Virus record (IMG/VR): IMGVR_UViG_3300032235_000724
Location: 1-55,845 of that record
From: a virus
Lineage: Duplodnaviria > Caudoviricetes
Reading direction: 5' to 3' (one strand)
DNA length: 55,845 bases
This document shows positions 54,940 through 55,845 of this stretch, in pieces. The translations under genes and the position numbers were made by a program. Numbering within the stretch: position 1 is the first letter of the stretch; each line of letters starts with the position of its first letter. The notes below the pieces were generated by a model. The model was given only the letters and a program-made list of their open reading frames with translations, searched no databases and was not told the origin of the DNA.

Positions 54940-55214
54940 TGACCGTAAAAGATCCGCAAACCATTATCCGTAACCTTTATCAAAAATATGCTAAACGCAC
55001 AGACAATGTTATACATGCTAAAAAAATCTTTGTTATCAACTCTATAATAAAGGATATATTTAGCGGAGTAGACGCCAATAGCGTAGATAAACGCTTATTG
55101 TCGCAGTATGCGGAACTAATCGACCGTTATCTAAAAGACGAGGTTGACATTCGTTGGAAAGATGGTAAACTCGTGGTGGAGGAAACTAACCTTGGAGGGT
55201 CCAATGGCAGCTAA
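54939..55214 (+). CDS. Hypothetical protein
   Basis: TAATG coupling. Confidence 0.6.
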   Translation: MTVKDPQTIIRNLYQKYAKRTDNVIHAKKIFVINSIIKDIFSGVDANSVDKRLLSQYAELIDRYLKDEVDIRWKDGKLVVEETNLGGSNGS

Positions 55215-55509
55215 TCTAAGCACGGTAGCATGGAAGGGTGATGAAAGTAACGACGGTGTTGTGTATAATGTTCAAATAAGCCAGATTACATACAAGTTCC
55301 GTAAACCAATCGAAGATGCCATGAAGGATTGGAAGAAGGTTTCGTATGGTTGGAACCTAAAAGACTCCACGGAAATTTTTATTTATCGTAAGACATTCAG
55401 TAGCGAGCAGGAATGGGTAAAATGGGCGCAGAAGTTCCCGCTACCAGTAAAAGAAAAGCGCTATTGGGGTAATAAAGAGAAGTCTATCACTCACAAGAAA
55501 GTAGGATAA
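55204..55509 (+). CDS. Hypothetical protein
   Basis: GGAGG RBS, ATG 55204. Confidence 0.6.
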   Translation: MAANLSTVAWKGDESNDGVVYNVQISQITYKFRKPIEDAMKDWKKVSYGWNLKDSTEIFIYRKTFSSEQEWVKWAQKFPLPVKEKRYWGNKEKSITHKKVG

Positions 55510-55510
55510 T

Positions 55511-55845
55511 ATGCGTAAGAACAAACTAAACAATGAAGTTGAAGTAGAAGAAGGCGAACTTGCTATGCCACCATTTATGCTTATGCAGCCCCCTGCACAA
55601 GACGAGGGTCCAAAAATGCGCAAGATTGGACTTATTGGTGACGTAAACGAAGAAAAGACAAACGACCTTATCTATGGTCTATATGCCCTAAAGGAAATGG
55701 GTAAGATTACAACCGAAGGCAAGGGCAAGAAGAAGCCCAAGGTTACTTACGATCCAATCGAACTTATTATCAGTACGCATGGTGGCAGTGCAAGCGAAAT
55801 GTTTGCTATCTTTGATGTTATGCGCGATGTCCGCAAGGATTGCGA
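55511..55845 (+). CDS. clpP: ClpP-family protease, N-terminal part (3'-truncated by window; not in ORF track)
   Basis: Manual translation: RKIGLIGDVNEE...PIELIISTHGGSASEMFAIFDVMR. Confidence 0.8.
   Translation, partial: MRKNKLNNEVEVEEGELAMPPFMLMQPPAQDEGPKMRKIGLIGDVNEEKTNDLIYGLYALKEMGKITTEGKGKKKPKVTYDPIELIISTHGGSASEMFAIFDVMRDVRKDC

Noticed and set aside
114-55623. Numerous minus-strand and nested alternative-frame ORFs in the track
   Set aside because: They lie within convincing + strand genes, lack RBSs and motifs, and have antisense-shadow composition.
1-55845. CRISPR array, tRNA or rRNA genes
   Set aside because: No regularly spaced repeats, and no cloverleaf or T-loop signatures noticed in the short intergenic gaps; not computationally scanned.
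1-55845. Stop-codon reassignment
   Set aside because: Known genes are full length in the standard code, and TAA, TAG and TGA all occur at natural gene ends.

Overview
A 55.8-kb segment of a large tailed dsDNA phage (contractile-tail myovirus with distant T4-like features). Essentially every real gene is on the + strand. From left to right: (1-14.6 kb) tail/baseplate module with sheath, tube, a tube-domain fusion protein, tail chaperones with a probable frameshift, tape measure and baseplate genes. (14.6-34.6 kb) Replication, repair and nucleotide module: exonuclease-less PolA-like protein, degenerate tubulin/FtsZ-like protein, gp32-like SSB, RecA, UvsE, deaminases, 5'-3' exonuclease, DnaB-like helicase, class I RNR, thioredoxin, GroES-like protein and ThyX. 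A cholesterol-dependent-cytolysin-like lipoprotein gene is inserted in this module. (35.6-46.7 kb) Dense array of small accessory ORFs plus DNA and RNA ligases. (46.8-55.8 kb) DnaE, dUTPase, IMPDH/GMPR, a stand-alone sigma region-4 protein, an acidic scaffold-like protein and a partial ClpP. Main observations: (a) four free-standing homing-type endonuclease cassettes each have an RBS-sequestering hairpin with a CTA(T/C)WTAT motif in the loop; at least two appear to have inserted inside genes and restored them with a recoded gene end, leaving the old end stranded; (b) a phage-borne pore-forming toxin homologue; (c) repeated overlapping terminator/sigma70-promoter elements; (d) scattered genes with a shared (I/L)-x-E N-terminal leader; (e) a stand-alone capsid-N-terminus-like protein and three CxxxC..CxC peptides. 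All family calls come from motif recognition by eye, not database searches. The host cannot be determined from this window.
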